Notes: generated by a model not told the origin, from the letters alone. A DNA stretch of 64,000 nucleotides from an uncultured delta proteobacterium (GCA_963846105.1 CAWJUT010000025.1:341579-405578), one strand, 5' to 3'; numbered from the stretch's first letter, positions 1 to 9,780 are shown. Numbers and translations are program-made.

Positions 1-2107
1 CGAATCACGGCTGGATGGTGCGCGATCAGGCCGAGACGACGGACAACGACGACGTGCCCTACATCTCGCGCGAGGAGGACAACATCCCCGAGCAGCCCAA
101 CCGGCCGAAGCTCGTCATCGATTTCGACGCTCCGTCCTGCAACACCAACGCCGACTGCGTCGACACGAACCCGTGCAGCGTGAACGAGCGCTGTACCTCG
201 GGCTTCTGCGTCGTCGATCCGCTCAACTGCGACGATTCCGACGCCTGCACCGACGACATCTGCGACCCGTCACAGGGATGCCTGCACCCGGTCGGGGAGT
301 GCAACGACGGCTTCGACTGCACCATCGACAGCTGCACCCCGCAGGGCGGCTGCGTCAACACACCGGTCGACGCCGCCTGCACCGCCGAGGGCTGCGCGGT
401 CGGCACCTGCGTCGCCGACCCCGACGACGAGGACGTCGACCCGGTGACCGGCTGCATCGTCACCTCGATCAATCCCGACGGGACGCCGTGCAACCCCGAC
501 ACCAATCAATGCACCGACGACGAATGTCTGGCGGGTGTCTGTACCCACCCGAACGCGACGGCGGGAACGGACTGTGACGGATGGCGACGGGTGTACGCAG
601 GACACGGAGTGCGATGGAAGCGGAATGTGCGCGGGCGGCGCCCGACCGTGTGCACGCCGCTCTCGCAGTGCCACGACGCCGGGGTGTGCGACACCGGGAC
701 GGGGCTGTGCTCGAACCCGCCGAAAGGCAGCGGCGCGACGTGCAACGACAGCGACGCGTGCACGCAGACCGACGAGTGCAACGGTGCGGGGACGTGCGTG
801 GGAAGCAATGCGGTGATCTGCACGCCGCTCTCGCAGTGCCACGACGCGGGGGTGTGCGACAGCGGGACGGGGCTGTGCTCGAACCCGCCGAAAGGCAGCG
901 GCGCGACGTGCAACGATAGTAATGCGTGCACGCAGACCGACGAGTGCAACGGTGCGGGGACGTGCGTGCGGAAGCAATGCGGTGATCTGCACGCCGCTCT
1001 CGCAATGCCATGACGCGGGGGTGTGCGACAGCGGGACGGGGCTGTGCTCGAACCCGCCGAAAGGCAGCGGCGCGACGTGCAACGACACCGACGCGTGCAC
1101 GCAGACCGACCAGTGCAACGGTGCGGGCACGTGCGTCGGAAGCAATGCGGTGATCTGCACGCCGCTCTCGCAGTGCCACGACGCGGGGGTGTGCGACAGC
1201 GGGACGGGGCTGTGCTCGAACCCGCCGAAAGGCAACGGCGCGGCGTGCAACGACAACGACGCGTGCACGCAGAGCCGACACCTGCGATGGAGCCGGGATG
1301 TGCGTCGGAGGGAGCCCCGTCGTCTGCACGCCGCTCGATCAGTGTCACCTGGCTGGCGTCTGTGACTCCGGATCAGGCGTGTGCTCGAATCCCATCAAGA
1401 GCAACGACACACCCTGCGACGACGGCAACGGCTGCACGCTCGACGACGCCTGCCAGGCCGGGAGCTGCGTCGGTGACCCGATGACGTGCGGGGACAACGT
1501 CGTGCAGGCGGGCTGCGGCGAGGAGTGCGACGTCGGGCCCGGGGGCGGCGGCGATTGCACGGCGCAGTGTCAGTACATCTGCGGACCGGCGCCGATTCCG
1601 GGCTGCCGCAGACCGGTGCTCCCGGCGAAGGCTTCGATCCTTCTCAAGGACAAGACGCCGGACAAGAAGGACGTGCTGCGCTGGAAGTGGGTGAAGGGCG
1701 CCGAGACCCTGCAAGCGACGTTCGGGAATCCGGTCGCGTCGACGGAATACCTGATCTGCCTCTACGACGAATCGGCGGCGCCGCAGCCGCTGTTGCGCGC
1801 CACGATACCCGCGGGCGGCACGTGCGCCGGCAAGCCCTGCTGGAAGGCGCTGACGACCAAAGGCTACCAGTACAAGGACAAGCTCCTCGATCCCGACGGC
1901 ATTCTGATGCTCAAGCTGCGCGCCGGCCTGGCGGGGGCGTCGAAGGTCATCCTCAAGGGGAAGGGCGTGAACCTCTCGATGCCGACGTTGCCGCTCACAC
2001 CGACGGTGACCCTGCAGGTGCGGAACGACAACGGCGAGTGTTGGGACGCGGAGTTCAGCACGCCGCTCCAGAACCTCGCCGACAGATTCAAAGCGAAAGC
2101 GGACTGA
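1..2107 (+). CDS. Secreted cysteine-rich repeat protein (5' partial, with frameshifts). It has an N-terminal Cys-rich region, 4 tandem 57-aa repeats (CTPLSQCHDAGVCDSGTGLCSNPPKGSGATCND.DACTQTDECNGAGTCVGSNAVI), a Myxo-disulfide-like repeat, then the shared ~165-aa C-terminal domain
   Basis: ORFs 15..1013, 922..1365 and 1298..2107 in three frames carry the same repeat unit, so this is one gene interrupted by indels. The C-terminus matches the C-termini of ORFs 7042..9342, 17536..17892 and 27036..28148 (WKW, LCxYD, PCW, KGKG.NL.MP, QxxN..G.CW, FKxKAD). Confidence 0.6.
650..1325 (+). repeat. Tandem direct repeat, period ~170 bp, 4 near-identical copies, coding
   Basis: The motif ctgcacgccgctctcgcagtgccacgacgc... 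recurs at ~651, ~820, ~988 and ~1157, with a diverged fifth copy at ~1325. A 1-nt difference between copies creates the frameshifts. Confidence 0.8.
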
Positions 2108-2128
2108 ACGACTGACCGATTGTTTCGA

Positions 2129-2164
2129 GGCGGGAGCGTCCGGCGCGGGCCGGCCGCTCCCGCC
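2129..2164 (+). terminator. GC-rich hairpin 22 nt after the stop codon: 10-bp perfect stem GGCGGGAGCG / CGCTCCCGCC, with a weak T tract
   Basis: Inverted repeat read directly from the sequence. The U-tract is poor (ttgatg), as is common in high-GC genomes. Confidence 0.35.
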
Positions 2165-2383
2165 TTGATGCGCATCGAGCGGGCTTCGCGCGCCGACGCT
2201 GGCCCACGCTGATGGTCGTCGTCCATGATGGTCGTCGGACGTACGCGAGTAGCTTCGGGGTGTAGGAATTACAGCCTCGGGGCGTTTTTTCCTCGCCTCG
2301 GTCCACTGCGCAGTCCGAGTTCGACCGAAGATCCTGCGCTTCCCGGCGACAAGTCGCGGGGCACGGCCCTTGCTCTCACCTCC

Positions 2384-2761
2384 ATGGCACTGGCCATGGA
2401 CGAAACGACCTACATGGAAAACGAGCGCCGGCTATCGTCACCCGAGCCGTCTGCGGTGGGCGCAGTCGAGCGTGGCGTCGAAGCCGCGCAACGCATCGTG
2501 GTGGAAGGCCTCGAGCTCCTCCGACTGGAAGCCGAGGAGAGGCTTTCCCGGACCGTTCGCGGCGCGGCACTCTTGAGTTTGGGAGGCGCGCTCGCCCTCA
2601 TCGGATGGTGTGCGCTTATGCTCGTCGTCGTGCTGGTCGTGCGTGAACGTTGGTCCCTCATCGGGGGACTCGCGGTCGTCGGCGCCGCGCATCTCGCAAT
2701 CGGTGCCGGCGCGATCGCCTACGCCCTGGCCGACACGGGCAAGAGGAGGCAGCAGACGTGA
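2384..2761 (+). CDS. Small membrane protein with 2 TM helices, resembling the putative holin-X family (PF07332-like)
   Basis: Hydrophobic segments LLSLGGALALIGWCALMLVVVLVV and LIGGLAVVGAAHLAIGAGAIAYALA. ATG at 2384 within ORF 2225..2761; the start is uncertain. Confidence 0.45.
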   Translation: MALAMDETTYMENERRLSSPEPSAVGAVERGVEAAQRIVVEGLELLRLEAEERLSRTVRGAALLSLGGALALIGWCALMLVVVLVVRERWSLIGGLAVVGAAHLAIGAGAIAYALADTGKRRQQT

Positions 2762-2961
2762 ACGGCGACGACGTAGAAGAGCAACGCGAGCTGCTGCGAC
2801 AATCGATCGAGCGCAACGAGGCGGAGCTTCGTGGAGCGGTCGACGAGCTGACCACTGCGGTCAAGAACGAGCTCACCTTGCGAAAGCAGATCACCGAGCA
2901 TCCGATTCCCTGGTTGCTCGGGGGCTTCGCCTTGGGTCTGTGGCTCGGCCGCAGCGGGTGA
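2759..2961 (+). CDS. Small coiled-coil protein with a C-terminal TM anchor (DUF3618/DUF883-like)
   Basis: GTG start overlapping the upstream stop (GTGA). C-terminus PIPWLLGGFALGLWLGRSG. Confidence 0.4.
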
Positions 2962-2979
2962 CACGGAAGGAGAGCGATC

Positions 2980-3195
2980 ATGGCAGAGGGTACGTCCAGT
3001 TCATGGCATGAAGAGGAGGAGCTCCATGGCGACGGGTACGCCGACGCCATCAAAGCCCGCGCAACCAAGGTCCGCTCGGGGCTCGAGAGCTTCGACGGCG
3101 AGCTTCGCACGTTGGTGAAAGAACGACCGTTCGTCGCCCTGGTGGGTGCCGTTCTCGGAGGCTATCTGCTCGCGCGCCTCTTGGCGCGACGCTAG
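2980..3195 (+). CDS. DUF883 (YqjD/ElaB-like) membrane-anchored stress protein
   Basis: C-terminal motif RPFVALVGAVLGGYLLARLLARR, typical of DUF883. Coiled-coil N-terminus. Confidence 0.5.
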   Translation: MAEGTSSSWHEEEELHGDGYADAIKARATKVRSGLESFDGELRTLVKERPFVALVGAVLGGYLLARLLARR

Positions 3196-3203
3196 GGGGT
3201 TCC

Positions 3204-3569
3204 ATGACAGAGTCGTCGAAAGAACCAACCGAGAAGTCGAAATCCGGCAATGGGTCGGACGCGTCGCGCTTCGCACGCCTGCAGAAGCAGGGACGTCAAG
3301 TCCAGCGGGAGGCACGCGCTCTCGCCACGGGTCTCGAAGAGGCCGCCGACGAGATCGAAGGCTTCCTGCGCGAGCAAATGGAGCAGCGTCCGTACGGAGT
3401 GCTCGCCGCCGCGGCGGGAGTCGGCTACGTGCTCGGCGGCGGTATCCCGTCGCCGCTGACGCGGCTGCTGCTCGACTACGCGACTCGCTTCGCGTTCACG
3501 GTCGCGGTCATGCAAACCAAGAGGAGAGTGGATCATGATGAATCTCAAGGTCAAAGACCTCGTGGATAG
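3204..3569 (+). CDS. Hypothetical coiled-coil protein with a C-terminal Gly-rich TM segment (DUF883-like)
   Basis: RPYGVLAAAAGVGYVLGGG segment. Lies in the same cluster as the other small stress proteins. Confidence 0.35.
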   Translation: MTESSKEPTEKSKSGNGSDASRFARLQKQGRQVQREARALATGLEEAADEIEGFLREQMEQRPYGVLAAAAGVGYVLGGGIPSPLTRLLLDYATRFAFTVAVMQTKRRVDHDESQGQRPRG

Positions 3570-3810
3570 TCTGTACGGCAGCACGGAGAGCCTCCCGAGC
3601 CGGGACGACATCATTCGTGCTCTCAATCTGATGCCGGCGCGCAGTGTGACCGACCAGCTCGTGCCGGCGATCGGCATCTTCACGGTGGGCATCATGCTCG
3701 GCGCCGGCCTCGCCATGCTGCTGGCGCCGAAGACCGGTGCCGAAATGCGCCAGGCGATCGGGGAGCGCGTCAACAGCTTCCGTGAAGGGATCAGTCAGAC
3801 GCCCGCTTGA
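3535..3810 (+). CDS. YtxH-like (DUF948) small membrane protein
   Basis: TM helix IGIFTVGIMLGAGLAMLLAPKTGAEMRQ matches the YtxH motif LLAPKSGKE.R. Confidence 0.45.
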   Translation: MMNLKVKDLVDSLYGSTESLPSRDDIIRALNLMPARSVTDQLVPAIGIFTVGIMLGAGLAMLLAPKTGAEMRQAIGERVNSFREGISQTPA

Positions 3811-4008
3811 AAATTTGTCTGCTCGGCGCGTGTAGCGTTTTCACTCCGCGCGCCGATCGCCGTGCCAGCCGGCGCTCGCGGGCGGACGCGTGAGAATTCG
3901 CCACAGTCCCGCGTGCGCTGGCGCGGTGCTTGCGTCCCCTCCTCTCGGTCCGCAGAAGACGCTGAACGTCTCGATTCCGTGACCGGGAGTCCGAAGGGAG
4001 GACGACAG

Positions 4009-4239
4009 ATGCGACGACTCATAGGTGTCTGCAGTGTGACGCTCGTGGCTCTCGCGACCTTTGCTGGTTGCGGCGGGTCACGTGAGACCATCGTTCGGCG
4101 CGAGACCGTGGAAACGGTGCCGGCGCCGGTAGTCGTAGAGAGGCGTACGACGGTCGAGGCGGTTCCGCCGCCCCCCGCTGTCATCGAGAAGAAGACCACG
4201 GTTCGGACGGAGCGGACGACCGAGTACGAAACCGAGTAG
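4009..4239 (+). CDS. Small lipoprotein with a periodic T-V-E-x-V-P-A-P-V-V motif
   Basis: ATG at 4009 with a GGGAGGA RBS. Signal peptide plus lipobox FAGC. Paralogous to ORF 6673..7002. Confidence 0.5.
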   Translation: MRRLIGVCSVTLVALATFAGCGGSRETIVRRETVETVPAPVVVERRTTVEAVPPPPAVIEKKTTVRTERTTEYETE

Positions 4240-4356
4240 CGAGCGCGCGACGGGGGACCGACGCGCGTCATGCGTCGGTCCCCCGTGCACGTTTTTCGTG
4301 ATCCGCGGGCGTATGCGCGAGCGTTCGCCCTGCCGGCTCGCGCCTTCGACGCGACG

Positions 4357-5870
4357 CTAGGGAATCTGCGTCGCAGTCCCCCCCAACTGCAGGCGCGCGA
4401 GGCCAGGAATGCCGCCGGCGGCGTTCACGGCGCTCGAGCTCGTCGGACCGATGCAGAAGAGCGTCGCCAGCGTCGGGTTCGACACGCCATTCTCGTCGGG
4501 CGGATCGGCCGCGCCGACCGCTGTCACGCTGCCGCCGACCACGCCGTTGTCGAGGAAGCACGGGCGGCGCTTGAGGATCGTGCACGTGGCGTTGAGATTG
4601 GCGCACTCGGCGTCCATGAAGCAGCCCTGGAAGGACGCGTCGCCGCTGCAGAACTGCTCGACCGGTCCGCCGGCACACTCGCCGTCGTTCGGATCCGCCG
4701 CGGTTGCGACACAGGTCTCGTCCTCGCACTCGTTCGGCGCCGGAGCCTGTCCCGGAGTCGAGCACGCGCCGCCCGGGCATTCGCTGTTGACCGCGCACGG
4801 GGCGCCGTTGTTGGGGCCGAGACGGCAGCGCCGGCCGCCGCACACGCCCGGCTGCCCGCCGCTCAGCGGGCAGTCGGCGTTGGTCGAGCACGGCTCGGCG
4901 GCGGCGGTGTTGCAGGTATCGCAGAAGCACCGCGCGCTCGGTCGTGCACGGCACGGGGGGTTGGCGTCGGAGAGTGTGGCGCTCACCGAGCCCGTGCTGG
5001 TCGAGAGGTTGATCGGCAGCGCCGCGATCTGGCCGTTCGGGAACGGCGGACACTCGAAGCTGGTGCTTCCGAAGAAGCTGTTCTTGTGCGTCCCGGAGAC
5101 GTCGCAGGCCAATCCTTGACGCGGCCCGTTGTCACACGTGCCGCCGGGCTGGCCGTCGGCCGGTGTGGGGTCGCCCTCGCACTGCGGGCACGGCGCCGCG
5201 ATCTCGAGGCCGCTGAACACGCGCGAGATGAGTCTCACGGTCGAGACGCTGCTGCCCTCCTCGATGTTGACGGTCCCGGTGATCTCGCTGTTCACCTCGT
5301 TGGTGACGCAGGCGGAGACGCCGCCCGCCGCGAGCGCCAGCGGCGCGCCGAAGAAGAACTTGCAGGCCGCGCCGCCACAGTCGGCGCTGGAGGTGCACTT
5401 GACCGCGAGGTCGTTGCTGCAGCGCTGGTTGTCGGCCGTGCCGGCATCGCGATCCGGATTCGGAATCGGCCCGCTGACGTTGCACTGTCCGCAGGGGCGC
5501 GTCGCACTCTGGCAGCCCGTGACGCTGACCGTGATCTTGCCGCGGTCGATGACACCCGCTCCGTGTCCCTGACCCGTCCACCCGGGGTCGAGCTGGGCGT
5601 TGTTGACGTCGCCCTCGAACGAGAGGGCGCTCGGGCAGGCTGATCCAGGAGTCGGCGTGATCGTCGGGCTCACCGACGTATCGGTGGCGTCGGGCGTCGG
5701 CGTGACCGTGGGCGACGTCGGCGTGCCGGCCGTCGGTGTGGCGGTCCGGGCCGGGGTGTCGGGTCCGGGGTGCCGGTCGAGCTGTTTTCGTTGTCGCCGC
5801 AATGGGCGATCGCGATCGCCATCGCGATCAAGCCAGCGGCGCGTGCGCCTGCTCGTAGCCTCATGTGCAT
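4357..5870 (-). CDS. Lipoprotein with a Pro/Thr linker and a large Cys-rich extracellular domain (frameshifted near the N-terminus)
   Basis: The N-terminus MHMRLRAGARAAGLIAMAIAIAHCG (lipobox) is in the frame of ORF 5670..5870. It continues into the 510-aa ORF 4357..5889, which is rich in Cys pairs. Confidence 0.5.
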
Positions 5871-6133
5871 GGTCTCCTCCGTGACACATCGTGAACGTAC
5901 TGCCGGTGAGCTTCGCCGATCAACGTACTTCGCGCACCAAACTATTTCGCTTCGGACGACGCATCGCGGCGCGATGCGCGGTCGCGAACGGCACTGCGCC
6001 CGCCGCGCGTATCAGCCGTCGATGGACCTTGCAACTTCTACAACGGGGCTTACCTCCGTCCACCCGGTCGAGACTGCCATCGTCGTGAAAGCAGGGACTT
6101 GGCCTTGGCACAGATCCTGCGATTGCGACCGGC

Positions 6134-6553
6134 ATGCTGCAGGTCGCTTCCATGGTGCTCGATGGGGTGTGGACCTCGATCGATCACGTGCTCGACTCGG
6201 TGCTTGCGATGCGCGCGCGCTTCGCGGTGCTGCTCGCGACCGGAAGCGAAGGCAGCGCCATCGTCATCGAAGCACGGGAGGGCTGGGTAACGCTGAGCGG
6301 GGAGGTCGCCTCGTCGATGGGGGCAGAACGGGCGGTGAGCGCGGTGCAGGCGATCGCGCCCATCGGCGTCGCCGATCGTTTGCGGGTCGCGTCCGTCAAG
6401 CCGCGGCGCTACGCCGATGACGAGATCCGGCGCGCGGTGCAAGTCCAACTCGGCGGCCTGCGCGCGCTGCGACTGAGCGGCATCCGTGTCGCCGCGGTGT
6501 ACGACGGACTGGTGCTGCTCACGGGAACCGCAGTCAGCACGCCGTCCACTTGA
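6134..6553 (+). CDS. BON-domain protein (OsmY-like), two BON repeats
   Basis: VTLSGEVAS...AERAVSAV and VYDGLVLLTGTAVS motifs. Confidence 0.55.
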   Translation: MLQVASMVLDGVWTSIDHVLDSVLAMRARFAVLLATGSEGSAIVIEAREGWVTLSGEVASSMGAERAVSAVQAIAPIGVADRLRVASVKPRRYADDEIRRAVQVQLGGLRALRLSGIRVAAVYDGLVLLTGTAVSTPST

Positions 6554-6672
6554 GTGCGCTCGAGGCCGTGGCTGGCGTTCCAGGGGTTCGGCGCGTGACG
6601 ACCGAGGTCACGATCCAGACCGCCGATGAGGTCGGCGCCGTCGCCGCCTAGTTCTTCAGAAAAGGAGGCTCC

Positions 6673-7002
6673 ATGCACAGACACAAGCAGAGACAGAGAC
6701 AGACCACACTGACCACGTTCGCATCCCTTGCGACGCTGCTCGCGCTCCCGATGTTTCTGGTTCCGACTTCCGCCGAGGAGACCATCTACGAGCGCCGGAC
6801 GCACGAGGAGCAGCGCCATACGCTCGAGGTCGCGCCGGCCCCTGTGGTGAAAGAGCGCACGATCGTCGAGGCTCAGCCGCCGGTCGCGGAGAAGCGTACC
6901 ACCGAAACGATCGTCCGCGAGGGTGACAAGGACGACATCGACGATCTCGAGAGCGACAACGACAACGACGACGACGACGACAACGACACGACTAGCCGGT
7001 GA
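6673..7002 (+). CDS. Small secreted protein, paralog of 4009..4239, with a poly-Asp/Asn acidic tail
   Basis: Signal peptide LTTFASLATLLALPMFLVPTSA. Repeats of APAPVVKERTIVEAQPPVAEKRTTETIVRE. Encoded by a GAC/AAC repeat at 6950..6990. Confidence 0.5.
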   Translation: MHRHKQRQRQTTLTTFASLATLLALPMFLVPTSAEETIYERRTHEEQRHTLEVAPAPVVKERTIVEAQPPVAEKRTTETIVREGDKDDIDDLESDNDNDDDDDNDTTSR

Positions 7003-7041
7003 TCGTGGCGCGCGCGGCGCGCGTCGCGTAGGCGGCGGATA

Positions 7042-9342
7042 GTGGGGGACCTCCCTCGCTATCCGCCGGCCGAATTTCGCCGCATTCCCTATGGCATCTG
7101 CATCGTCCCGGCAGCGATACGATCGCCACTCGAACTTCGGACGACGCATGATAGTACTGTCCAGGTGCATCGTCCGAAGCTCCTCTGGTTCCTCCCGCTC
7201 CTGGTCGTCCTGATCGGAGTTGCGAAGCCGATCGGATCCGCGTGGGCGGCGGCGGATTTGAGTCCGCAGGTTTCGGACGTCTCGGTATTCGTGAGTGACG
7301 TCGATCCGGGGGATGTGGCCGAAGGATGTGCCGGCGGTACGACGGCGCGCACGCTCGTCCGCTTCACGCTGCGCGCCGACAACCTCGGGCCGGACGATCT
7401 CGTGGTCGGCGCGCCGAATTGTCCTGACTGTCACGAGAATCCCGGCGTGACGTGCGGCAATCCGCTGTTCACGTGCAGTACCGCGCATGGGCATGCGCAC
7501 TTCTCGAGCTTCGTGCGGCCCGAGCTTCTCGACGAGCACGGCACGGTCGTCGCGCAAGGCTACAAGTTCGGCTTCTGCCTGCTCGATTCCATCTGTGCGA
7601 CGCCCCAGTACACCGACTGTCTCGCGAACCAGGGCATCACCGCGGGCTGCTCCGACGTCTACCTCGCCGGGCTCCCTTGCCAGTACGTCGACATCACGGA
7701 CGCCAATCTCGCGCCCGGCGTCTATTCATTGCGTGTCACGCTGGACCCGCAAGGCACTCTCGCGGAGGCCAACGAGGACAACAACACCGCGGAGGCGCCG
7801 GTGCGCATCGGCGCGCCACCTCCCACCTGTCCGGTGCACGTCGCCGCGGACGTTCCGCGGCAGATCCCCGACGATGGGTCGGTCGGCTCGACGGTGACGG
7901 TGGGCACGACCGGTCCATTGACTTCCCTGAAGGTGGTTGGGTTGCGCGGGACGCACTCCTCGGTTGGTGATCTCGAGATTCACCTCAAGAGCCCTTCCGG
8001 CACCGACGTGGTGGTGATGAATCAGGTGTGCGGCGACGACGACGATTTCGAGCTCGATCTCGACGCCGCCGCCTGTGATCCCATCGGTTGCCCGCCGACC
8101 GGCGGCTCGGTGTGGCTCCCCAGTCAGTCCCTGGCGGCATTCAATGGTGAGAACGCCGCCGGCACGTGGACGTTGACCGCCTTCGACCGGACGGCAGGCG
8201 GTACGGGGACGCTCGATGGCTGGGGATTGGAGATCTGCGTCCCCGGAACCGGCTGTCCCGTGTACACCTCGACCGACGTCCCGATGAGCATCCCCGAGCT
8301 CGGAGAGGTGCTCTCCTCGCTCGACGCTTCGCCCGGGACGATCAGCGATCTGAACGTCATCGACCTCCGCGGCACGCACTCGTTCATGAGCGATCTCGAG
8401 CTTCACCTCATCAGTCCTGCCGGGACCGACATCAATGTCATGAATCGCGTGTGCGGGACCGACGATGATTTCGACCTCGATCTCGACGACAGCGCGTGCC
8501 GGGACATCACCTGTCCGCCGACCGACGGGCTGCTCCACAAATCGAGCAGTCCGCTTTCCGCCTTCCTCGGGGAGGATGCCGGCGGCAAATGGACGCTCAA
8601 GATCATCGACCTCGCCGACGGTGACGGAGGTCAGCTCGACGGCTGGGGCCTGCAGATCTGCAGCTGCGGCAACGGCGTGCTCGATCCCAGCGAGCAGTGT
8701 GACGACGGCAACACCTCGAGCGGCGACTGCTGTTCGGCGAAGTGTCAAACCGAAGTGGTGTGCCCCGCGTGCCAGTCGTGCGACCCACTGTCGCTGAGTT
8801 GCGTCGCCGCGCCGAGGGTGGGTTGCCGCAAGCCGGTCGAGCCCAGGAAGGCGAGCCTCGCGATCTCCGACGGCAAACGGCCGTCCTCCGACCGGTTGCA
8901 GTGGCGCTGGCGAGCCGGCGCCGCCACGATTCCGAGCGACTTCGGTGACCCACGTACCGATGAGGGTTACGCGCTCTGTGTCTACGATCGATCCAAGGTC
9001 ACACCGAGCTTGCTGTATGCGGGGGGAGCCGCAGAGGGCACGTGCGGAACGGATAGATGCTGGCGCGGGCTCGGAAGGCCACCGGGCAAGCGCGGGTTCT
9101 CGTTCAGCAACCGCGCCGGTACGCCCACCGGCTTGACGAAGGTCGGGCTCAAGCCCGGTGTGCAGGGTCGTGCTCAAGCGACGGTGTTGGGGCGAGGCCA
9201 GCATCTCATCTTGCCGACGATGCCGCTTCCCCTTCCTCTCCAGGTGCAGCTCCACGGCGTCAACGCCTGCTGGGAAGCCGAATACGCCGAGGACGGCGTC
9301 AGCAGGAACGAGCCGGGCCGCTTCCGCGCCAGGGCGGAGTGA
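7042..9342 (+). CDS. Secreted multidomain protein: lysyl-oxidase-like catalytic domain, two proprotein-convertase P-domains, a Myxo cysteine-rich repeat, and the shared ~165-aa C-terminal domain
   Basis: LOX hallmarks: HxHxH copper site (STAHGHAHFSSF), Lys in KFGFCLLD, and DVYLAGLPCQYVDITDANLAPGVYSLRVTLDP...EDNNTAE (compare CQWIDITDV...NNVV of LOX). Two P-domain repeats with GTWTL/GKWTL ... LDGWGLEIC. CSCGNGVLDPSEQCDDGNTSSGDCC. C-terminus aligns with the other three copies. Confidence 0.8.
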   Translation: MGDLPRYPPAEFRRIPYGICIVPAAIRSPLELRTTHDSTVQVHRPKLLWFLPLLVVLIGVAKPIGSAWAAADLSPQVSDVSVFVSDVDPGDVAEGCAGGTTARTLVRFTLRADNLGPDDLVVGAPNCPDCHENPGVTCGNPLFTCSTAHGHAHFSSFVRPELLDEHGTVVAQGYKFGFCLLDSICATPQYTDCLANQGITAGCSDVYLAGLPCQYVDITDANLAPGVYSLRVTLDPQGTLAEANEDNNTAEAPVRIGAPPPTCPVHVAADVPRQIPDDGSVGSTVTVGTTGPLTSLKVVGLRGTHSSVGDLEIHLKSPSGTDVVVMNQVCGDDDDFELDLDAAACDPIGCPPTGGSVWLPSQSLAAFNGENAAGTWTLTAFDRTAGGTGTLDGWGLEICVPGTGCPVYTSTDVPMSIPELGEVLSSLDASPGTISDLNVIDLRGTHSFMSDLELHLISPAGTDINVMNRVCGTDDDFDLDLDDSACRDITCPPTDGLLHKSSSPLSAFLGEDAGGKWTLKIIDLADGDGGQLDGWGLQICSCGNGVLDPSEQCDDGNTSSGDCCSAKCQTEVVCPACQSCDPLSLSCVAAPRVGCRKPVEPRKASLAISDGKRPSSDRLQWRWRAGAATIPSDFGDPRTDEGYALCVYDRSKVTPSLLYAGGAAEGTCGTDRCWRGLGRPPGKRGFSFSNRAGTPTGLTKVGLKPGVQGRAQATVLGRGQHLILPTMPLPLPLQVQLHGVNACWEAEYAEDGVSRNEPGRFRARAE

Positions 9343-9398
9343 CGAATTCTTGCGATCCGCGCCGACGGCTGTCGATGAGGGTGGGGCGCGGACTGGAC

Positions 9399-9780
9399 TA
9401 GTAGTAAAGATGATAAGAATAGAAAAGAGAGGATGTGAAGAGTGAGGAAAGGAAGTGGTATGGTTAGGTTAGTGTTAGGAATGAAAGAGTATATGGAAGG
9501 TTAAGTAGAAGATATGGAGTTTGAGAGAAGATGAAAGCTATTAAGATAATTAATAGAGGAGGCTAAGGGGTAGGAGGGCAGTGTAAGAAGGTAGATAAAT
9601 GTATGAGGAGATGAGTTAATGGGAAGAAGATAATATTGAATGGGATGAAGAGGAAAAAGATTTAGAGGAGGAGTGGAGGAAAGAGAGGAAATGGGTAGTA
9701 TAGAGATAGTTGAAGTAGGTAGGAAAAAAAGATAGGATAGTAGAGGATGATCTGGAGGGAGAGATAAGAGAGCTGAAGGA
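9399..9780 (+). other. C-depleted purine-rich (GA/T) low-GC tract. On the + strand 9399..9537 has zero C, and there are only ~5 C in ~380 nt. Non-coding
   Basis: Direct base inspection. Flanking DNA is ~35% C. The reverse-strand ORF 9501..10052 translates to low-complexity P/S/L sequence. Confidence 0.6.

Noticed and set aside
5129-5581. Overlapping ORFs 5129..5572 (+) and 5132..5581 (-) inside the Cys-rich lipoprotein gene
   Set aside because: These are alternative-frame artefacts. The long minus-strand frame 4357..5889 has a coherent Cys-pair architecture and N-terminal lipoprotein signal
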